NCBI GenBank assembly: GCA_024398515.1 | Contig: JAKSIZ010000006.1 | Span: 27,631 to 91,630 of the forward strand | Length of the DNA stretch: 64,000 nucleotides | Source: Bacteroidaceae bacterium | GTDB taxonomy: Bacteria > Bacteroidota > Bacteroidia > Bacteroidales > Bacteroidaceae | Direction of reading: 5' to 3' | In this document: positions 25,776-37,928 of the stretch, piece by piece | Layout of the letters: the number at the start of each line of letters is the position of its first letter | How positions within the stretch are numbered: the stretch's first letter is position 1 | Made by a program: the position numbers and the translations under genes | The notes under the pieces: generated by a model | The model's database searches: none | What the model was told of the DNA's origin: nothing | What the model saw: only the letters and a program-made list of their open reading frames with translations

Positions 25776-25896
25776 ACGCATGGGCGAAACAGAGTGTGCT
25801 TTATAGTCGGGAGAAAACTGCTACAGTTTCCGATCGAAAACTGCTACAGTTTTGACTTGAAAACTGCTACAGTTTTCTTTTGGGCAAAGCGTTCAA
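25773..25896. repeat. Triple-palindrome intergenic element, copy 1
   Basis: 3x AAAACTGCTACAGTTT at 23-bp period; TGAACGC...GCGTTCA ends. Confidence 0.8.
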
Positions 25897-25948
25897 CTTT
25901 GGGATTTCAAATACTCGACCTCTCAAATGACAACGAAGACATATAAAA

Positions 25949-26566
25949 ATGATACGCAATATAGTAATAGATTTTGGTGGAGTGCTTGTGCAACTTGACA
26001 AGTCTGCGAGCATCTCGGCATACCGCGACCTCGGCATGGAAGGCGTTGCGGCACTGATAAACGACTACCGTTCCGACGGCATATTCAACGAACTTGAACG
26101 TGGCGAGATTGACATTCACGAGTTCTGCAACCGCGCACGTCAGATGACAGGCATCGACGCACCCGACGAAGCGATAGAAGACGCATGGCAGAGATTGCTC
26201 GTGGGCGTACCGCAAAAGAAGCTCGACATGCTTGCCGCACTGCGACGGAAATACCGCGTCTATCTCCTGAGCAACACAAATGCTTTCCACTGGGAGTATT
26301 CCGTAAAGGAGTATTTCAAGGACACAAGCCTATACTTCGACCGGCTCTACCTCTCGTATGAACTCGGGATGAGCAAGCCCGACCGCCGCATATTCGAACA
26401 TCTGATAGCCGACACAGGCATATCGGTTGAAGAAACATTGCTCTTGGACGACTCGGCAGACAATTGCCGGATGGCACGCGAATTGGGCTTCCACGTGTGG
26501 CACATAGCCGAAAACGAAGATTGGACACAACGCTTTAATGATGAAAAATGCATGAACGACGTATAA
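25949..26566 (+). CDS. HAD-family phosphatase (YihX-like)
   Basis: DFGGV, LSNTN, KPD and LLDD motifs. Confidence 0.9.
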   Translation: MIRNIVIDFGGVLVQLDKSASISAYRDLGMEGVAALINDYRSDGIFNELERGEIDIHEFCNRARQMTGIDAPDEAIEDAWQRLLVGVPQKKLDMLAALRRKYRVYLLSNTNAFHWEYSVKEYFKDTSLYFDRLYLSYELGMSKPDRRIFEHLIADTGISVEETLLLDDSADNCRMARELGFHVWHIAENEDWTQRFNDEKCMNDV

Positions 26567-26729
26567 TTTTTGGTAAAAAGTTTGGTTGTGTCGCAAAATA
26601 AGTATAACTTTGCACACAGAAATTACGAAAGGCAAAGATTGTTGGGTTTCAGCTGCAAACGCTGGAACTCAGTGTTTTTCTGCTTTTCGACAAGCAAGAT
26701 TTATAAAACTTATAAAAATAAAAAACATT

Positions 26730-27194
26730 ATGGCACACATGTCAAAAGAAGGCTACGAGGAATTAGTAGCCAAGCTGCATAAGCTTGAAACAGTTGATCG
26801 CCCTGCAGCATCGGCAGCAATCGCCGAAGCAAGAGACAAGGGAGACCTCAGCGAAAACTATGAATATCACTCTGCAAAAGAGGCACAGGCAAAGCTCGAA
26901 GCAAAGATAAACCAGCTGAAAACCGAACTGATGAACGCAAAGATAGTGGATACTTCACGTCTGAAAGGCGACATTGTGCAGATTTTGTCGAAAGTTGAAA
27001 TGACAAACGTAAAGACAAATGCACGCATGACTTATACCATCGTAAGCGAGAGTGAAGCTAATCTGCGCGAAGGAAAGATAGCAATCAGCACCCCAATAGC
27101 ACAGGGTTTGCTCGGCAAGAAGGCTGGCGACACGGCAGTAATAAAGATTCCTCAAGGCACAATAGAACTCAGAATAGAGAGCATAAGCTTATAA
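26730..27194 (+). CDS. greA: Transcription elongation factor GreA (start MAHMSKEG)
   Basis: ARDKGDLSENYEYHSAK and STPIAQGLLGK motifs. Confidence 0.95.
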   Translation: MAHMSKEGYEELVAKLHKLETVDRPAASAAIAEARDKGDLSENYEYHSAKEAQAKLEAKINQLKTELMNAKIVDTSRLKGDIVQILSKVEMTNVKTNARMTYTIVSESEANLREGKIAISTPIAQGLLGKKAGDTAVIKIPQGTIELRIESISL

Positions 27195-27262
27195 TAATGT
27201 AATGTTTTCGGCTTAGTCAGGAACATCTTTGCGGTCGGGAACATCAATAATAATCAACAACT

Positions 27263-27649
27263 ATGGGAATTTTTTCAAAGATAGCAGCTGGTGAGATACC
27301 AAGCTATAAGTGTGCAGAAAGCGAAAAGTTCTATGCTTTTCTCGACATTAACCCAATAGCAAAGGGCCATACGCTCGTAATCCCACGCAGGGAAGAGGAC
27401 TATATCTTTGACCTCAGCGACGAGGAATTGGCTGAAATGATAGTCTTTGCAAAGAAGGTTGCAAACGGAATTAAGAAGGCTTATCCTTGCAAGAAGGTAG
27501 GAATGGCAGTTCTTGGACTTGAAGTTGCGCATGCTCATATACACCTCGTACCACTGAATACCGAGGGCGACATGAACTTCAAGAACAAACTTCAGCTTAC
27601 TGAAGAAGAGTTCAAGACCATCGCAGCCAATATCTACGCTAACGTATAA
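27263..27649 (+). CDS. HIT family protein
   Basis: IFSKI..G and HAHIH histidine triad. Confidence 0.95.
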   Translation: MGIFSKIAAGEIPSYKCAESEKFYAFLDINPIAKGHTLVIPRREEDYIFDLSDEELAEMIVFAKKVANGIKKAYPCKKVGMAVLGLEVAHAHIHLVPLNTEGDMNFKNKLQLTEEEFKTIAANIYANV

Positions 27650-27692
27650 ACGGCAAGGTGGGCAGGTAATCCCACTTATTTATCATTCTATT

Positions 27693-27747
27693 TAATTGGC
27701 AAAATCATATTTGGCGGCATTTGCAGCAAGTATGATTTTGCCAATTA
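27693..27747. terminator. Long hairpin between convergent genes
   Basis: TAATTGGCAAAATCATA...TATGATTTTGCCAATTA. Confidence 0.7.
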
Positions 27748-27753
27748 TAGTGA

Positions 27754-28446
27754 TTAATGTATTAGTTTTTCCCAGATATCAGCGAAATGTTGCATTGAAG
27801 GAAGGACGATGTCTGCGCCTTCGGCTGCAAGCATCGAGTCGGGGAGAGGGCCAGTGTTGACTGCAACAGTGAAGATGCCAGCGGCTTTGCCTGCTCGGAT
27901 TCCGAGTGGAGCATTCTCAACCACGATGGCTTCAGCGGCAGTGACACCTGCTTTTTTCAGTCCCATGAGATAAGGATCAGGCATGGGTTTGCCGTGTTCA
28001 ACGTCGAAACACGTCACCATGAGGTCATGATTTACAAGTCCGACATAGTCCCTTTCAAGACGGTTGAGCACAGTAAGCTGGCCACTACCAGTGACAACGA
28101 CAATCTTTGCACCGGTGGTTTTGATTTTTTCCATTAGAAGTTTTGTGCCAGGCATCATCTCAGGTTTGGGAAACGAAGCGAAGCATTTGCACTTCTCATC
28201 GTAAATATGTGCGATTTCATCGGGAGATAATTCGAGTCCGCAACGTTCATGTGCGAGCTTCTTTATTGTCTCTAACCCTCGCATTCCCTCGTGTGCATAG
28301 CAGTCTTCTTCGCTCATCGGAATGCCAAAGCGTGTCATTGTCGTGTGCCATGCCTTTGCATGGTACTTCATTGAGTCGTAGATAACGCCGTCCATATCAA
28401 AAAGAACGGCTTTAGGTACGAACCCAAAGCCGTCTTTTTTATTCAT
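27754..28446 (-). CDS. HAD-IA hydrolase (beta-phosphoglucomutase-like)
   Basis: [14 protein letters not shown] and VENAP motifs; start MNKKDGF. Confidence 0.88.
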   Translation of the reverse strand: MNKKDGFGFVPKAVLFDMDGVIYDSMKYHAKAWHTTMTRFGIPMSEEDCYAHEGMRGLETIKKLAHERCGLELSPDEIAHIYDEKCKCFASFPKPEMMPGTKLLMEKIKTTGAKIVVVTGSGQLTVLNRLERDYVGLVNHDLMVTCFDVEHGKPMPDPYLMGLKKAGVTAAEAIVVENAPLGIRAGKAAGIFTVAVNTGPLPDSMLAAEGADIVLPSMQHFADIWEKLIH

Positions 28447-29785
28447 TCTTAAGCCTTTCCTGAATGGCTTTGCTCTCGGCCTCATAGCCTGGTTTGTTGA
28501 GCAAAGCAAACATATTCTTCTTATAAGCTTCGACGCCTGGCTGGTTGAAAGCGTTCACACCAAGCACATTGCCGCTTATTCCGCAGCCCAATTCAAAGAA
28601 ATATACGATTTCACCGAGATAAAATTCGTTCAACTTTGGTATGCTAATGCGTATGTTTGGCACGCCGCCATCAACGTGAGCAAGCTTCGTTCCGAGTTCT
28701 GCCATCTTATTTACTTCGTCAACTCGCTTGCCGGCGAGGAAGTTTAGACCGTCGAGATTTTCTTCGTCGAATGGGAAAAGAAGTTGCTTGTTTGGCTCTT
28801 CAACGCTGATTACAGTCTCGAAAATGCTGCGTTCACCCTCTTGAATCCATTGGCCCATAGAGTGAAGGTCGGTAGTGAAATCGACCGATGCAGGGAAGAT
28901 GCCCTTGTTTTCCTTGCCTTCGCTCTCGCCGTAGAGCTGCTTCCACCATTCGCTCATGAAGTGGAGCTTAGGTTGATAGTTCACGAGAATTTCAATCTTT
29001 TTGCCACTCTGATATAATGCGTTGCGTACTGCAGCATATTGTGCCGATGGATTTTGCTCGAAAGGAACATCGGCGGCACATGCCTTTTCCATCTCGACAG
29101 CACCTGCTATGAGTTGCTTTATGTCAAAGCCTGCGCATGCGATAGGCAACAATCCTACTGGTGTGAGCACTGAGAAACGACCGCCTACGTTGTCAGGAAT
29201 GACGAAAGTTTTGTAGCCTTCCTTTGTTGCAGCGGCACGTGCGGCACCCTTTACAGCGTCGGTTATGGCAACGATAACCTTCTTTGCCTCTTCTTTGCCG
29301 CGCTGTTCTTCGCACTGCTTCTTCATAAGTCGGAAGGTGAGAGCGGTCTCTGTGGTGGTTCCTGACTTAGAAATGTTGATAACACCAAACTTCTTTCCCT
29401 TAAGATATTCGGAAAGTTCGGCAAGATAATCCTCGCCTATGTTGTTTCCTGCAAATACGATTGCGGGACTTTCATTCTTCAACCAAGCAAAAGAATTGCT
29501 TAAAGCTTCGATAATTGCCTTTGCGCCGAGGTAACTTCCACCGATGCCGGCAACCACGATGACCTCACAATTTGCGCGAAGTGTATCGGCGGTTTCTTGA
29601 ATTTCATCGATGAAATCGGCATTTATTGACGATGGAAGGTGCAGCCAACCAAGGAAATCATTGCCAGGACAAGTGCCGTCTTCCAAGGCTTTTTGTGCAG
29701 CGTTCACCTGAGGCATAAGGTCGTTTACAGCATTTGCGCCCAAGAACTGGACAGCTTTTGTTGCGTCTAAACTAAAATTTTTCAT
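28439..29785 (-). CDS. pgi: Glucose-6-phosphate isomerase
   Basis: [22 protein letters not shown] and QPGVEAYK motifs. Confidence 0.97.
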   Translation of the reverse strand: MKNFSLDATKAVQFLGANAVNDLMPQVNAAQKALEDGTCPGNDFLGWLHLPSSINADFIDEIQETADTLRANCEVIVVAGIGGSYLGAKAIIEALSNSFAWLKNESPAIVFAGNNIGEDYLAELSEYLKGKKFGVINISKSGTTTETALTFRLMKKQCEEQRGKEEAKKVIVAITDAVKGAARAAATKEGYKTFVIPDNVGGRFSVLTPVGLLPIACAGFDIKQLIAGAVEMEKACAADVPFEQNPSAQYAAVRNALYQSGKKIEILVNYQPKLHFMSEWWKQLYGESEGKENKGIFPASVDFTTDLHSMGQWIQEGERSIFETVISVEEPNKQLLFPFDEENLDGLNFLAGKRVDEVNKMAELGTKLAHVDGGVPNIRISIPKLNEFYLGEIVYFFELGCGISGNVLGVNAFNQPGVEAYKKNMFALLNKPGYEAESKAIQERLKNE

Positions 29786-29808
29786 GTGCGTATATATTAT
29801 ATAATGTG

Positions 29809-30804
29809 TTATCTGAAAGAATCCGTGAGGAGTTTTATCTCGATTTGAGGCGAGATACGCTCGTAGAGAATGTTATAAACTGCATCGAGGATAGGCATGT
29901 TTACGTGCAGATGGCTATTGATTTCCTTCATACATTTCGTTCCGAAGAAGCCTTCTGCAATCATTTCCATTTCGATTTGTGCGCTCTTTACGCTGTAGCC
30001 CTTGCCTATCATCGTACCGAATGTGCGGTTGCGTGAGAAGTTGGAATATGACGTGACAAGCAAATCGCCAAGATAAACCGAGTCAACCATGCTTCGATCC
30101 ATAGGATAAACAGTGTTGAGGAATCGTTGCATTTCGGCTATTGCATTTGAAATCAATACTGCCTGGAAGTTGTCGCCATACTTCAATCCACTGCAAATGC
30201 CCGAAGCAATGGAATAAACATTCTTGAGGACTGACGAGTATTCTATGCCCAGAACATCTTCGGAGACTTGTGTCTTGACGTAACTGTTGGCAAGGATTTT
30301 GGCAAATGATTGTGCCTTGTCGGTGTTGTGACAGCCTATTGTGAGGTAAGTCAAGCGCTCAAGTGCTACTTCTTCAGCGTGCGACGGACCGCCGATGCAG
30401 GCAAGATTTTCGTAAGGAACATCAAAGACTTGATGAAAATATTCGCTGCACACGAGGTTGTCGTCAGGTACAATTCCCTTGATTGCCGTGACAATGAACT
30501 TGTCCTTTAGCCTTACTTTCAGCTTCTTCAAGTGATTTTTCAGGTAAGGCGAAGGGGTGACAAAGACAAGGGTATCGTAGCTCTGTACTATTTCATTGAT
30601 GTCTGTCGAGAAAAATATCTCGTCAATGTTGAAGTGTACAGACTCCAAGTATGCCGGATTGTGCCCAAGCCGACGGAAATCCTCAATACGATCTTCGCGG
30701 CGAATATACCATCCGAGATGATGGGTATGCGATATAAGTATCTTGGCGACAGCCGTTGCCCAGCTGCCACCACCGATTACCGCTATCTTGCCACAATCAA
30801 ACAT
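29809..30804 (-). CDS. gpsA: NAD(P)H-dependent glycerol-3-phosphate dehydrogenase
   Basis: [16 protein letters not shown] and GDLLVT..S..SRN motifs. Confidence 0.95.
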   Translation of the reverse strand: MFDCGKIAVIGGGSWATAVAKILISHTHHLGWYIRREDRIEDFRRLGHNPAYLESVHFNIDEIFFSTDINEIVQSYDTLVFVTPSPYLKNHLKKLKVRLKDKFIVTAIKGIVPDDNLVCSEYFHQVFDVPYENLACIGGPSHAEEVALERLTYLTIGCHNTDKAQSFAKILANSYVKTQVSEDVLGIEYSSVLKNVYSIASGICSGLKYGDNFQAVLISNAIAEMQRFLNTVYPMDRSMVDSVYLGDLLVTSYSNFSRNRTFGTMIGKGYSVKSAQIEMEMIAEGFFGTKCMKEINSHLHVNMPILDAVYNILYERISPQIEIKLLTDSFR

Positions 30805-30857
30805 TATGATGATTTTTGCTTATTCCTATATTTATAGATGCCTTGGTATCTATACAA

Positions 30858-32591
30858 TTATAACCCTTGTGCTGCTTCGATGAACTTTGCGAAGTCCTCA
30901 ACCTTCGGATTGTCGTAGCCGAGTTTATACTTCTTGTTCACTCCGCAGACGTCCATCTGGAGTTTTTGTGGGTTTATTTCCTTTATGTCGCTAACGAGAT
31001 AATAGCCTGCCTTGTTGAATACCGGCACCCATTCTTCCGTTACTCCTACTGCTGCCCAATCGGCAACACTGCTCTTCGGAGCCTTCTTTTCAGGTTTCAT
31101 TGTTGGGAAGAGAAGCACTTCCTGAATGGTAGGCTGACCAGTCATAAGTATTGCCAAGCGGTCGATGCCGATACCAATACCCGAAGTAGGAGGCATACCA
31201 TATTGTAATGCGCGCAAGAAATCCTGGTCGATTATCATTGCTTCGTCGTCGCCCTTATCGGCAAGTTTCATTTGCTCGACAAATCTTTCCTCTTGGTCTA
31301 TTGGGTCGTTCAGCTCGGAATATGCGTTGGCAACCTCCTTGCCATTGACCATCAACTCGAACCTTTCGGTTAATCCTGGCTTAGAACGATGCATCTTCGT
31401 GAGTGGAGACATCTCTACAGGATAGTCGATGATAAACGTTGGCTGGATGAAAGTGCCCTCACAAGTCTCGCCGAATATCTCGTCGATGAGCTTGCCTTTG
31501 CCCATTGTCTCGTCAACTTCAATCTCAAGTCTCTTTGCAATCTCGCGTATTTCGTCCTCGCTCTTGCCGTCAAGGTCGTAGCCAGTCTTCTCTTTTATTG
31601 CGTCGAGAATAGGAAGTCGGCGGTAAGGAGCCTTGAAAGAAACGATGTTTTCGCCTATCTGAACCTCTGTCTTGCCGTTTACAGCGATACAAATTTTCTC
31701 AAGGAGTTGTTCGGTAAATTCCATCATCCAGTTGTAATCCTTGTAGCTTACATACAATTCCATGCAAGTAAACTCTGGATTATGACTTCTGTCCATGCCC
31801 TCATTGCGGAAGTTTCTTCCTATTTCATACACGCCTTCGAAGCCGCCTACAATGAGTCGCTTGAGGTAAAGTTCCGTTGCAATGCGCAGGTACAAGTCAA
31901 CGTTGAGTGCATTGTGATGCGTGATGAATGGTCTGGCACTCGCTCCACCGGCTATTTGCTGCAGTATAGGAGTCTCGACTTCAGTGAATCCAGCCTCGTC
32001 GAACACCTGTCTCATGGTGCGGAGTATCTGTGCACGTTTGAGGAAAGTATCCTTTACGCCGTCGTTTACCACGAGGTCAACGTATCGCTGACGGTAGCGA
32101 AGTTCTGGGTCGTCGAACTTATCGTATGCCACGCCATCCTTATATTTTACTATAGGTAGTGGCTTGAGGCTCTTTGAGAGGAGGGTTATCTCCTTTGCGT
32201 GAACACTAATCTCGCCCATCTGTGTGCGGAAGACAAAGCCTTTTATTCCGATGAAATCGCCAATATCGAGCAGTCTTTTGAACACGACATTATACATATC
32301 CTTGTTCTCGCCTTCGCAAATGTCGTCGCGAGTGACATAAACTTGTATTCTACCCTTCGAGTCTTGCAGCTCAATGAATGATGCTTTGCCCATGACTCTG
32401 CGGCTCATCATTCGTCCGGCTATGCACACTTCTCGCTGTTCGGCTTCATCGTCGAACTCGTTTTTGATGTCTATTGAATACGCGTTTGTGGGGTATGCTG
32501 CTGCCGGATAAGGGTTAATACCCATGTCTCTCAACTCTTGCAGACTCTGTCGTCTGCCTAATTCCTGTTCACTTAATTCCAGTATATTCAT
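30858..32591 (-). CDS. lysS: Lysine--tRNA ligase
   Basis: [14 protein letters not shown] and [14 protein letters not shown] motifs. Confidence 0.97.
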   Translation of the reverse strand: MNILELSEQELGRRQSLQELRDMGINPYPAAAYPTNAYSIDIKNEFDDEAEQREVCIAGRMMSRRVMGKASFIELQDSKGRIQVYVTRDDICEGENKDMYNVVFKRLLDIGDFIGIKGFVFRTQMGEISVHAKEITLLSKSLKPLPIVKYKDGVAYDKFDDPELRYRQRYVDLVVNDGVKDTFLKRAQILRTMRQVFDEAGFTEVETPILQQIAGGASARPFITHHNALNVDLYLRIATELYLKRLIVGGFEGVYEIGRNFRNEGMDRSHNPEFTCMELYVSYKDYNWMMEFTEQLLEKICIAVNGKTEVQIGENIVSFKAPYRRLPILDAIKEKTGYDLDGKSEDEIREIAKRLEIEVDETMGKGKLIDEIFGETCEGTFIQPTFIIDYPVEMSPLTKMHRSKPGLTERFELMVNGKEVANAYSELNDPIDQEERFVEQMKLADKGDDEAMIIDQDFLRALQYGMPPTSGIGIGIDRLAILMTGQPTIQEVLLFPTMKPEKKAPKSSVADWAAVGVTEEWVPVFNKAGYYLVSDIKEINPQKLQMDVCGVNKKYKLGYDNPKVEDFAKFIEAAQGL

Positions 32592-32725
32592 AATATATTA
32601 TAATATTTCGGAGTGCAAAATTAACATAAAATTCCGACATGACAAATTTATTCTGCATAAAAAGTACATAGTTCCAAAAAAGTTTGTACCTTTGTGCCAT
32701 GTATAAATATTAAAATAATGATGAT

Positions 32726-33523
32726 ATGAAACCAAGACTTTTATCAATTTTTGTGCTTATGATGATGGCAGTCGGGGCTTCAGCACAGAAGCCATTTGAC
32801 ATTACACTGAACCGAGTGCATAGTGATTCGGCTACAATCCGCGTGTTTCTTCCTAACAAACGTGTGGCTACAGGGCGTGCCGTGGTGGTTTGTCCTGGCG
32901 GAGGCTACGCTCATCTCGCAATGGATCATGAGGGCTACCAGTGGGCGGAGTTCTTTGGACAGCTCGGAGTTGCCACTATAGTACTGAAGTATAAGATGCC
33001 ACACGGCAACCATGCGATACCTGTTGACGATGCCGAACAGGCAATAAGGACGGTGAGGGCACACGCGAAAGAGTGGGGGATAAACCCTGACGAAGTAGGA
33101 ATCATGGGTTCATCGGCTGGCGGACACCTTGCCACGACCGTTGCCACGCATTCTACCGGCGACGCTGCCCCTAACTTCCAAATACTGTTCTATCCGGTTG
33201 TGTCGATGGATCCAGCCGTAACCCATATTGGGTCACACGACAACTTCTTGGGAAAGAATCCGAAGAAGGAGATGGAACTTGAGTTCAGCAATGCGCTGAA
33301 GGTGACGCCAAACACCCCTCGGGCATTCATCACGCTGGCAAGCGACGACCACTCCGTCATCCCGCAGAACAGCATAGAATACTATCAGGCATTGTGCAAC
33401 AACAAGGTGCCGGCATCAATCCATGCCTACCCTTCGGGTGGTCACGGCTTTGGCTATCGCACGACATACCTCTACCACACGCAAATCCTGACCGAACTTG
33501 CTGCGTGGATAAGAAGCTTTTAA
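32726..33523 (+). CDS. Secreted alpha/beta hydrolase (acetyl-xylan/feruloyl esterase-like)
   Basis: Signal peptide; PGGGY, GSSAGG and GGHGF motifs. Confidence 0.88.
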   Translation: MKPRLLSIFVLMMMAVGASAQKPFDITLNRVHSDSATIRVFLPNKRVATGRAVVVCPGGGYAHLAMDHEGYQWAEFFGQLGVATIVLKYKMPHGNHAIPVDDAEQAIRTVRAHAKEWGINPDEVGIMGSSAGGHLATTVATHSTGDAAPNFQILFYPVVSMDPAVTHIGSHDNFLGKNPKKEMELEFSNALKVTPNTPRAFITLASDDHSVIPQNSIEYYQALCNNKVPASIHAYPSGGHGFGYRTTYLYHTQILTELAAWIRSF

Positions 33524-33586
33524 TATAATAGGAAAACGCAATCCTGCGCTATGCTTGTCCGACATGTTCGGACAAGTTTTTTGACA

Positions 33587-33683
33587 TGAACGTAATACCC
33601 GAAAAAAAGTTGTACAACTTTCGCGCGAATGTTGTACAACTTTCAGTCGAAAGTTGTACAACTTTTTTCCGAGTTAAGCGTTC
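33587..33683. repeat. Triple-palindrome intergenic element, copy 2
   Basis: 3x AA(A/T)GTTGTACAACTTT at 22-bp period; ends CCGAGTTAAGCGTTC. Confidence 0.8.
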
Positions 33684-33812
33684 GTCTGAAAAGGCACAAT
33701 CGGAGACATCATGAAAAGCATAATAATAAAATGGTGCTATAATACAAATAAACCTTAATTTTTTTTGTCATGTTGCAGATTTTTTATAAATTTGTACTCC
33801 AAACGCGTTATA

Positions 33813-34637
33813 ATGGAACCTGAAATAGAGCAAAGGACAGAAAATATGGACATACTGCGCTGCGAAGGACTCGTAAAGCGGTATGGCAAGCGCATTGTCG
33901 CAAACGAAGTCTGCTTCGACGTGAAGCAGGGCGAAATCGTAGGCCTTCTCGGACCAAACGGAGCCGGAAAGACCACCTCGTTCTATATGACCACAGGCCT
34001 CGTGGTGCCGAATGCCGGACACGTATATATAAATGATACGGAGATAACCACCGAACCAGTCTATAAGCGAGCACGTCGCGGCATAGGCTACTTGCCGCAA
34101 GAACCAAGCGTGTTCCGCAAGATGACAGTCGAGGACAACATCATCTCGGTGCTTGAGATGAAGAAGATGACGCAGGAAGAACGCAAGGATAAACTCGAAA
34201 GCCTAATATCCGAATTCCGACTCGAAAAGGTAAGGAAGAACAAGGGCGACCAGTTGTCGGGAGGCGAACGACGCCGCACCGAGATAGCACGATGCCTTGC
34301 AATCAACCCAAAGTTCATCATGCTCGACGAACCTTTTGCGGGCGTTGACCCTATCGCAGTAGAAGACATACAGACAATCGTGTGGCGACTGAAGTTCCGC
34401 AACATAGGCATTCTCATCACCGACCACAATGTACAGGACACACTCTGTATCACGGATCGTGCATACATGCTGTTCGAGGGACGAATCCTTTTCCAGGGAA
34501 CACCAGAGGAACTGGCGTCGAACCAGACAGTAAGAGAGAAGTATCTGAGTACAAGTTTCGTGCTCAGGAAGAAAGATTTCCAGTTGATCGACGAGCAAAA
34601 ACGTGCTGCCGAACAAGCAGAAACAGAAAATAAATAG
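33813..34637 (+). CDS. lptB: LPS export ABC transporter ATP-binding protein
   Basis: [17 protein letters not shown] and DEPFAGVDP motifs. Confidence 0.95.
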   Translation: MEPEIEQRTENMDILRCEGLVKRYGKRIVANEVCFDVKQGEIVGLLGPNGAGKTTSFYMTTGLVVPNAGHVYINDTEITTEPVYKRARRGIGYLPQEPSVFRKMTVEDNIISVLEMKKMTQEERKDKLESLISEFRLEKVRKNKGDQLSGGERRRTEIARCLAINPKFIMLDEPFAGVDPIAVEDIQTIVWRLKFRNIGILITDHNVQDTLCITDRAYMLFEGRILFQGTPEELASNQTVREKYLSTSFVLRKKDFQLIDEQKRAAEQAETENK

Positions 34638-34686
34638 AATTGCAAATACATAATAAATGATAAATTATAAATAACAGATTAAATTT

Positions 34687-36042
34687 ATGAACATCACATT
34701 TGAATGCGCCGACAAAGTTAACGGCAAGGTTACAGCCTCAATTGTGAAGGCTGATTATGAAGAAGGAGTAAAGAAAGCACTTAAAAACTACCAGAAGAAA
34801 GCCTCGGTACCAGGCTTCCGACCAGGCAAAGTTCCTTTCGGAATGATTGAAAAGCAATACGGAACAGCCGTGAAGGTAGAAGAGATAAACCGTCTGCTTG
34901 GCGAGAAAGTGGATGAATACATCCGCGAAAACAAGATACAAATGCTCGGCAATCCACTCCCTGCAGAGAATCAACAGGAAGGAATGGACTTCGAAAAAGA
35001 CGAGGATTTCACATTTGTATTCGACGTAGCAGTGGCTCCGGAGTTCAAGGTAGCCCTCTCAGGCCGCGACAAAATCCCATTCTATGAGATTAAAATCGAC
35101 GACGAACTCATTAACCAGCAGATAGAAGTCTATACATCACGCACCGGTCAGCACGTAAAGGTAAAGGAATATAAGGATGGTGACATGCTCAAAGGCGATA
35201 TACGCGAACTTGAGAATGGCAACACAAAGGAAGGCGGAGTGACTGTTGATAGCGCAATAATGATGCCGAAGTACATGAAGGATGAGGACCAGAAGAAGCT
35301 CTTCGACGGTTGCAAACCAGGCGACATCATCACGTTCAACCCATACAAAGCATACGACGGAAGCGACGTTGAACTTGCATCATTCCTCAAAATAACCAAG
35401 GAAGAGGCAAAGGAAATGAAGTCCGACTTCACTTATCAGGTAACAGAAGTGACTCGTTACGAGAAGGGCGAGATTAACCAAGAGCTCTTCGACAACGTAT
35501 ATGGCGAAGGAAACGTAAAGAGCGAAGAGGAATTCCGCAACAGAATAGTTGCCGACCTCAAGGCACAAATGACTGCTGACAGCGATTACCGCTTCATCAT
35601 CGACCTTCGTGAACACTGCGAAAAGAAGGTTGGTAAGCTTGAATATCCTGACGAGTTAATGAAGAAGATAATGCTCCGTAACAATCCTGACAAGGATGCA
35701 AAGTTTGTTGACGACAACTATGAAGGCAGCATAAAGGAACTCACGTGGCACCTCATTCGCGAACAACTCGTAGAAGCAAAGGAGATAAAGATAGAGAATG
35801 CCGACATAAAAGCAGCCGCTGTAGAGGCAACACGTGCACAGTTTGCACAGTATGGCATGAACAATGTGCCACAGGAACTCATTGAAAAGTATGCAGAAGA
35901 GTCGATGAAGAAGCAGGAAATGATAAACAATCTCGTTGACCGCAGCATTGACCGCAAGATAACTGACGTGTATAAAGACGTAGTAAAGTTAGACGTAAAG
36001 GAAGTGACATTGAAGGAATTCAATAAATTATTTGAGAAATAA
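34687..36042 (+). CDS. tig: Trigger factor
   Basis: PGFRPGKVP motif; upstream of clpP. Confidence 0.95.
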   Translation: MNITFECADKVNGKVTASIVKADYEEGVKKALKNYQKKASVPGFRPGKVPFGMIEKQYGTAVKVEEINRLLGEKVDEYIRENKIQMLGNPLPAENQQEGMDFEKDEDFTFVFDVAVAPEFKVALSGRDKIPFYEIKIDDELINQQIEVYTSRTGQHVKVKEYKDGDMLKGDIRELENGNTKEGGVTVDSAIMMPKYMKDEDQKKLFDGCKPGDIITFNPYKAYDGSDVELASFLKITKEEAKEMKSDFTYQVTEVTRYEKGEINQELFDNVYGEGNVKSEEEFRNRIVADLKAQMTADSDYRFIIDLREHCEKKVGKLEYPDELMKKIMLRNNPDKDAKFVDDNYEGSIKELTWHLIREQLVEAKEIKIENADIKAAAVEATRAQFAQYGMNNVPQELIEKYAEESMKKQEMINNLVDRSIDRKITDVYKDVVKLDVKEVTLKEFNKLFEK

Positions 36043-36710
36043 TGAACAACGATTTTAGGAAATTTGCCACTCAGCACCTCGGGATGAATGGCCTGGTGCT
36101 CGACGATGTAGTTAAGGCACAGGGACAATACCTTAATCCTTATATATTGGAAGAGCGCCAGCTGAACGTCACCCAGATGGACGTGTTCTCACGCTTGATG
36201 ATGGACCGTATCATATTTCTGGGCACTCAGATTGACGATTACACTGCCAATACCCTTCAGGCACAGCTGCTCTACCTTGACTCTACTGACCCTGGCAAGG
36301 ACATAAGCATCTATATCAACTCGCCTGGTGGCAGTGTATATGCAGGACTTGGCATCTACGATACGATGCAGTTCATACAGAGCGACGTTGCCACAATCTG
36401 TACAGGCATGGCAGCTTCGATGGCAAGCGTGCTGCTCGTGGCAGGTAAGGAAGGCAAACGTTCTGCCCTTACGCATTCCCGAGTGATGATTCACCAGCCG
36501 ATGGGAGGCGCACAAGGTCAGGCATCGGACATAGAAATCGTTGCCGAAGAGATACAGAAACTCAAGAAAGAACTCTACACAATCATCTCCAATCATTCAA
36601 AGACACCTTTCAACAAGGTGTGGAAAGACTCCGACCGCGACTATTGGATGACCGCCGAGGAGGCAAAGGCATACGGAATGATTGATACAATCCTAACGAA
36701 GAGAGGCTGA
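36042..36710 (+). CDS. clpP: ATP-dependent Clp protease proteolytic subunit
   Basis: YINSPGG, AASM and MIHQP motifs. Confidence 0.97.
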   Translation: MNNDFRKFATQHLGMNGLVLDDVVKAQGQYLNPYILEERQLNVTQMDVFSRLMMDRIIFLGTQIDDYTANTLQAQLLYLDSTDPGKDISIYINSPGGSVYAGLGIYDTMQFIQSDVATICTGMAASMASVLLVAGKEGKRSALTHSRVMIHQPMGGAQGQASDIEIVAEEIQKLKKELYTIISNHSKTPFNKVWKDSDRDYWMTAEEAKAYGMIDTILTKRG

Positions 36711-36713
36711 TAA

Positions 36714-37928
36714 ATGGCTAAAGACAAGTGTAGTTTCTGTGGAAAAAGTGGCGCAAATGCAAGGCTGATGCTTACAGGCATGAACGCCTACATCTGCGAC
36801 GAATGCGTTTTGGCGGCATACGACGTACTGAAGGAGAATGGTTTTCTGACGAAGGCAGAGGGGGAATTCAAGATAAATATCAAAGATGTACCGAAGCCGA
36901 AGGAAATGAAGGAATACCTTGACCAGTATGTCATAGGGCAAGACGAGGCAAAGAAAACGCTTTCGGTGGCAGTGTATAACCACTACAAACGACTGAAACA
37001 GAAAGACGAAGCCGACGATGTTGAGATAGAAAAGAGCAATATTATAATGGTGGGCACTACCGGTACGGGCAAGACACTGCTCGCCCGTACGATAGCCAAG
37101 AAACTGAATGTGCCTTTCACCATTGTCGATGCAACAATCTTTACCGAAGCAGGATACGTGGGCGAAGATGTGGAAAGCATCCTCACTCGTCTGCTTCAGG
37201 TGGCAGACTATAACGTAGAAGCCGCTGAAAAGGGTATTGTCTTTATTGATGAAGTCGATAAGATAGCACGAAAGAGTGACAATCCTTCCATCACTCGCGA
37301 CGTAAGTGGCGAAGGAGTGCAGCAAAGTCTGCTTAAACTCCTTGAAGGAAGTATAGTCAATGTTCCGCCAAAGGGAGGCCGAAAGCATCCTGACCAAGAG
37401 TATATACACGTAGATACGAAGAATATACTGTTTATATGTGGTGGTGCTTTTGACGGAATAGAGCGCAAGATTGCACAGAGACTCAACACTCATACCGTGG
37501 GTTATAACTCGGTACAGAACGTGAGGAAGATAGATAAGGAAGACTTGATGAAGTATATCATGCCACAGGACTTGAAGTCGTTCGGACTGATACCTGAAAT
37601 CATTGGCCGTCTTCCTGTACTTACTTACCTGAATCCGCTCAACAAGGAAGCATTGCAACGAATACTCGTTGAACCGAAGAACTCTATTGTGAAGCAGTAT
37701 GAAAAGTTGTTCCTTATGGATGGAATGAAACTTACATTCACTCAGGAAGCACTTGACTTCATTGTTGACAAAGCAATGGAATACAAACTCGGAGCACGCG
37801 GATTGCGCTCGATAGTGGAAAGTATCATGGTAGATGCAATGTTTGAAGAACCATCAAAGAAAACAAAAACATTTAAGGTAACGGCAGATTACGCAAAACA
37901 ACAAATCGAAAAATCCAATTTGACATGA
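36714..37928 (+). CDS. clpX: Clp protease ATP-binding subunit
   Basis: CSFCG zinc finger, GTGKT and [10 protein letters not shown] motifs. Confidence 0.97.
   Translation: MAKDKCSFCGKSGANARLMLTGMNAYICDECVLAAYDVLKENGFLTKAEGEFKINIKDVPKPKEMKEYLDQYVIGQDEAKKTLSVAVYNHYKRLKQKDEADDVEIEKSNIIMVGTTGTGKTLLARTIAKKLNVPFTIVDATIFTEAGYVGEDVESILTRLLQVADYNVEAAEKGIVFIDEVDKIARKSDNPSITRDVSGEGVQQSLLKLLEGSIVNVPPKGGRKHPDQEYIHVDTKNILFICGGAFDGIERKIAQRLNTHTVGYNSVQNVRKIDKEDLMKYIMPQDLKSFGLIPEIIGRLPVLTYLNPLNKEALQRILVEPKNSIVKQYEKLFLMDGMKLTFTQEALDFIVDKAMEYKLGARGLRSIVESIMVDAMFEEPSKKTKTFKVTADYAKQQIEKSNLT

Noticed and set aside
25814-25876. Triple repeats here (and at 33606, 47268, 55788) as mini-CRISPR arrays
   Set aside because: Linkers are only about 6 nt, repeats are 16-17 nt, and there are no cas genes
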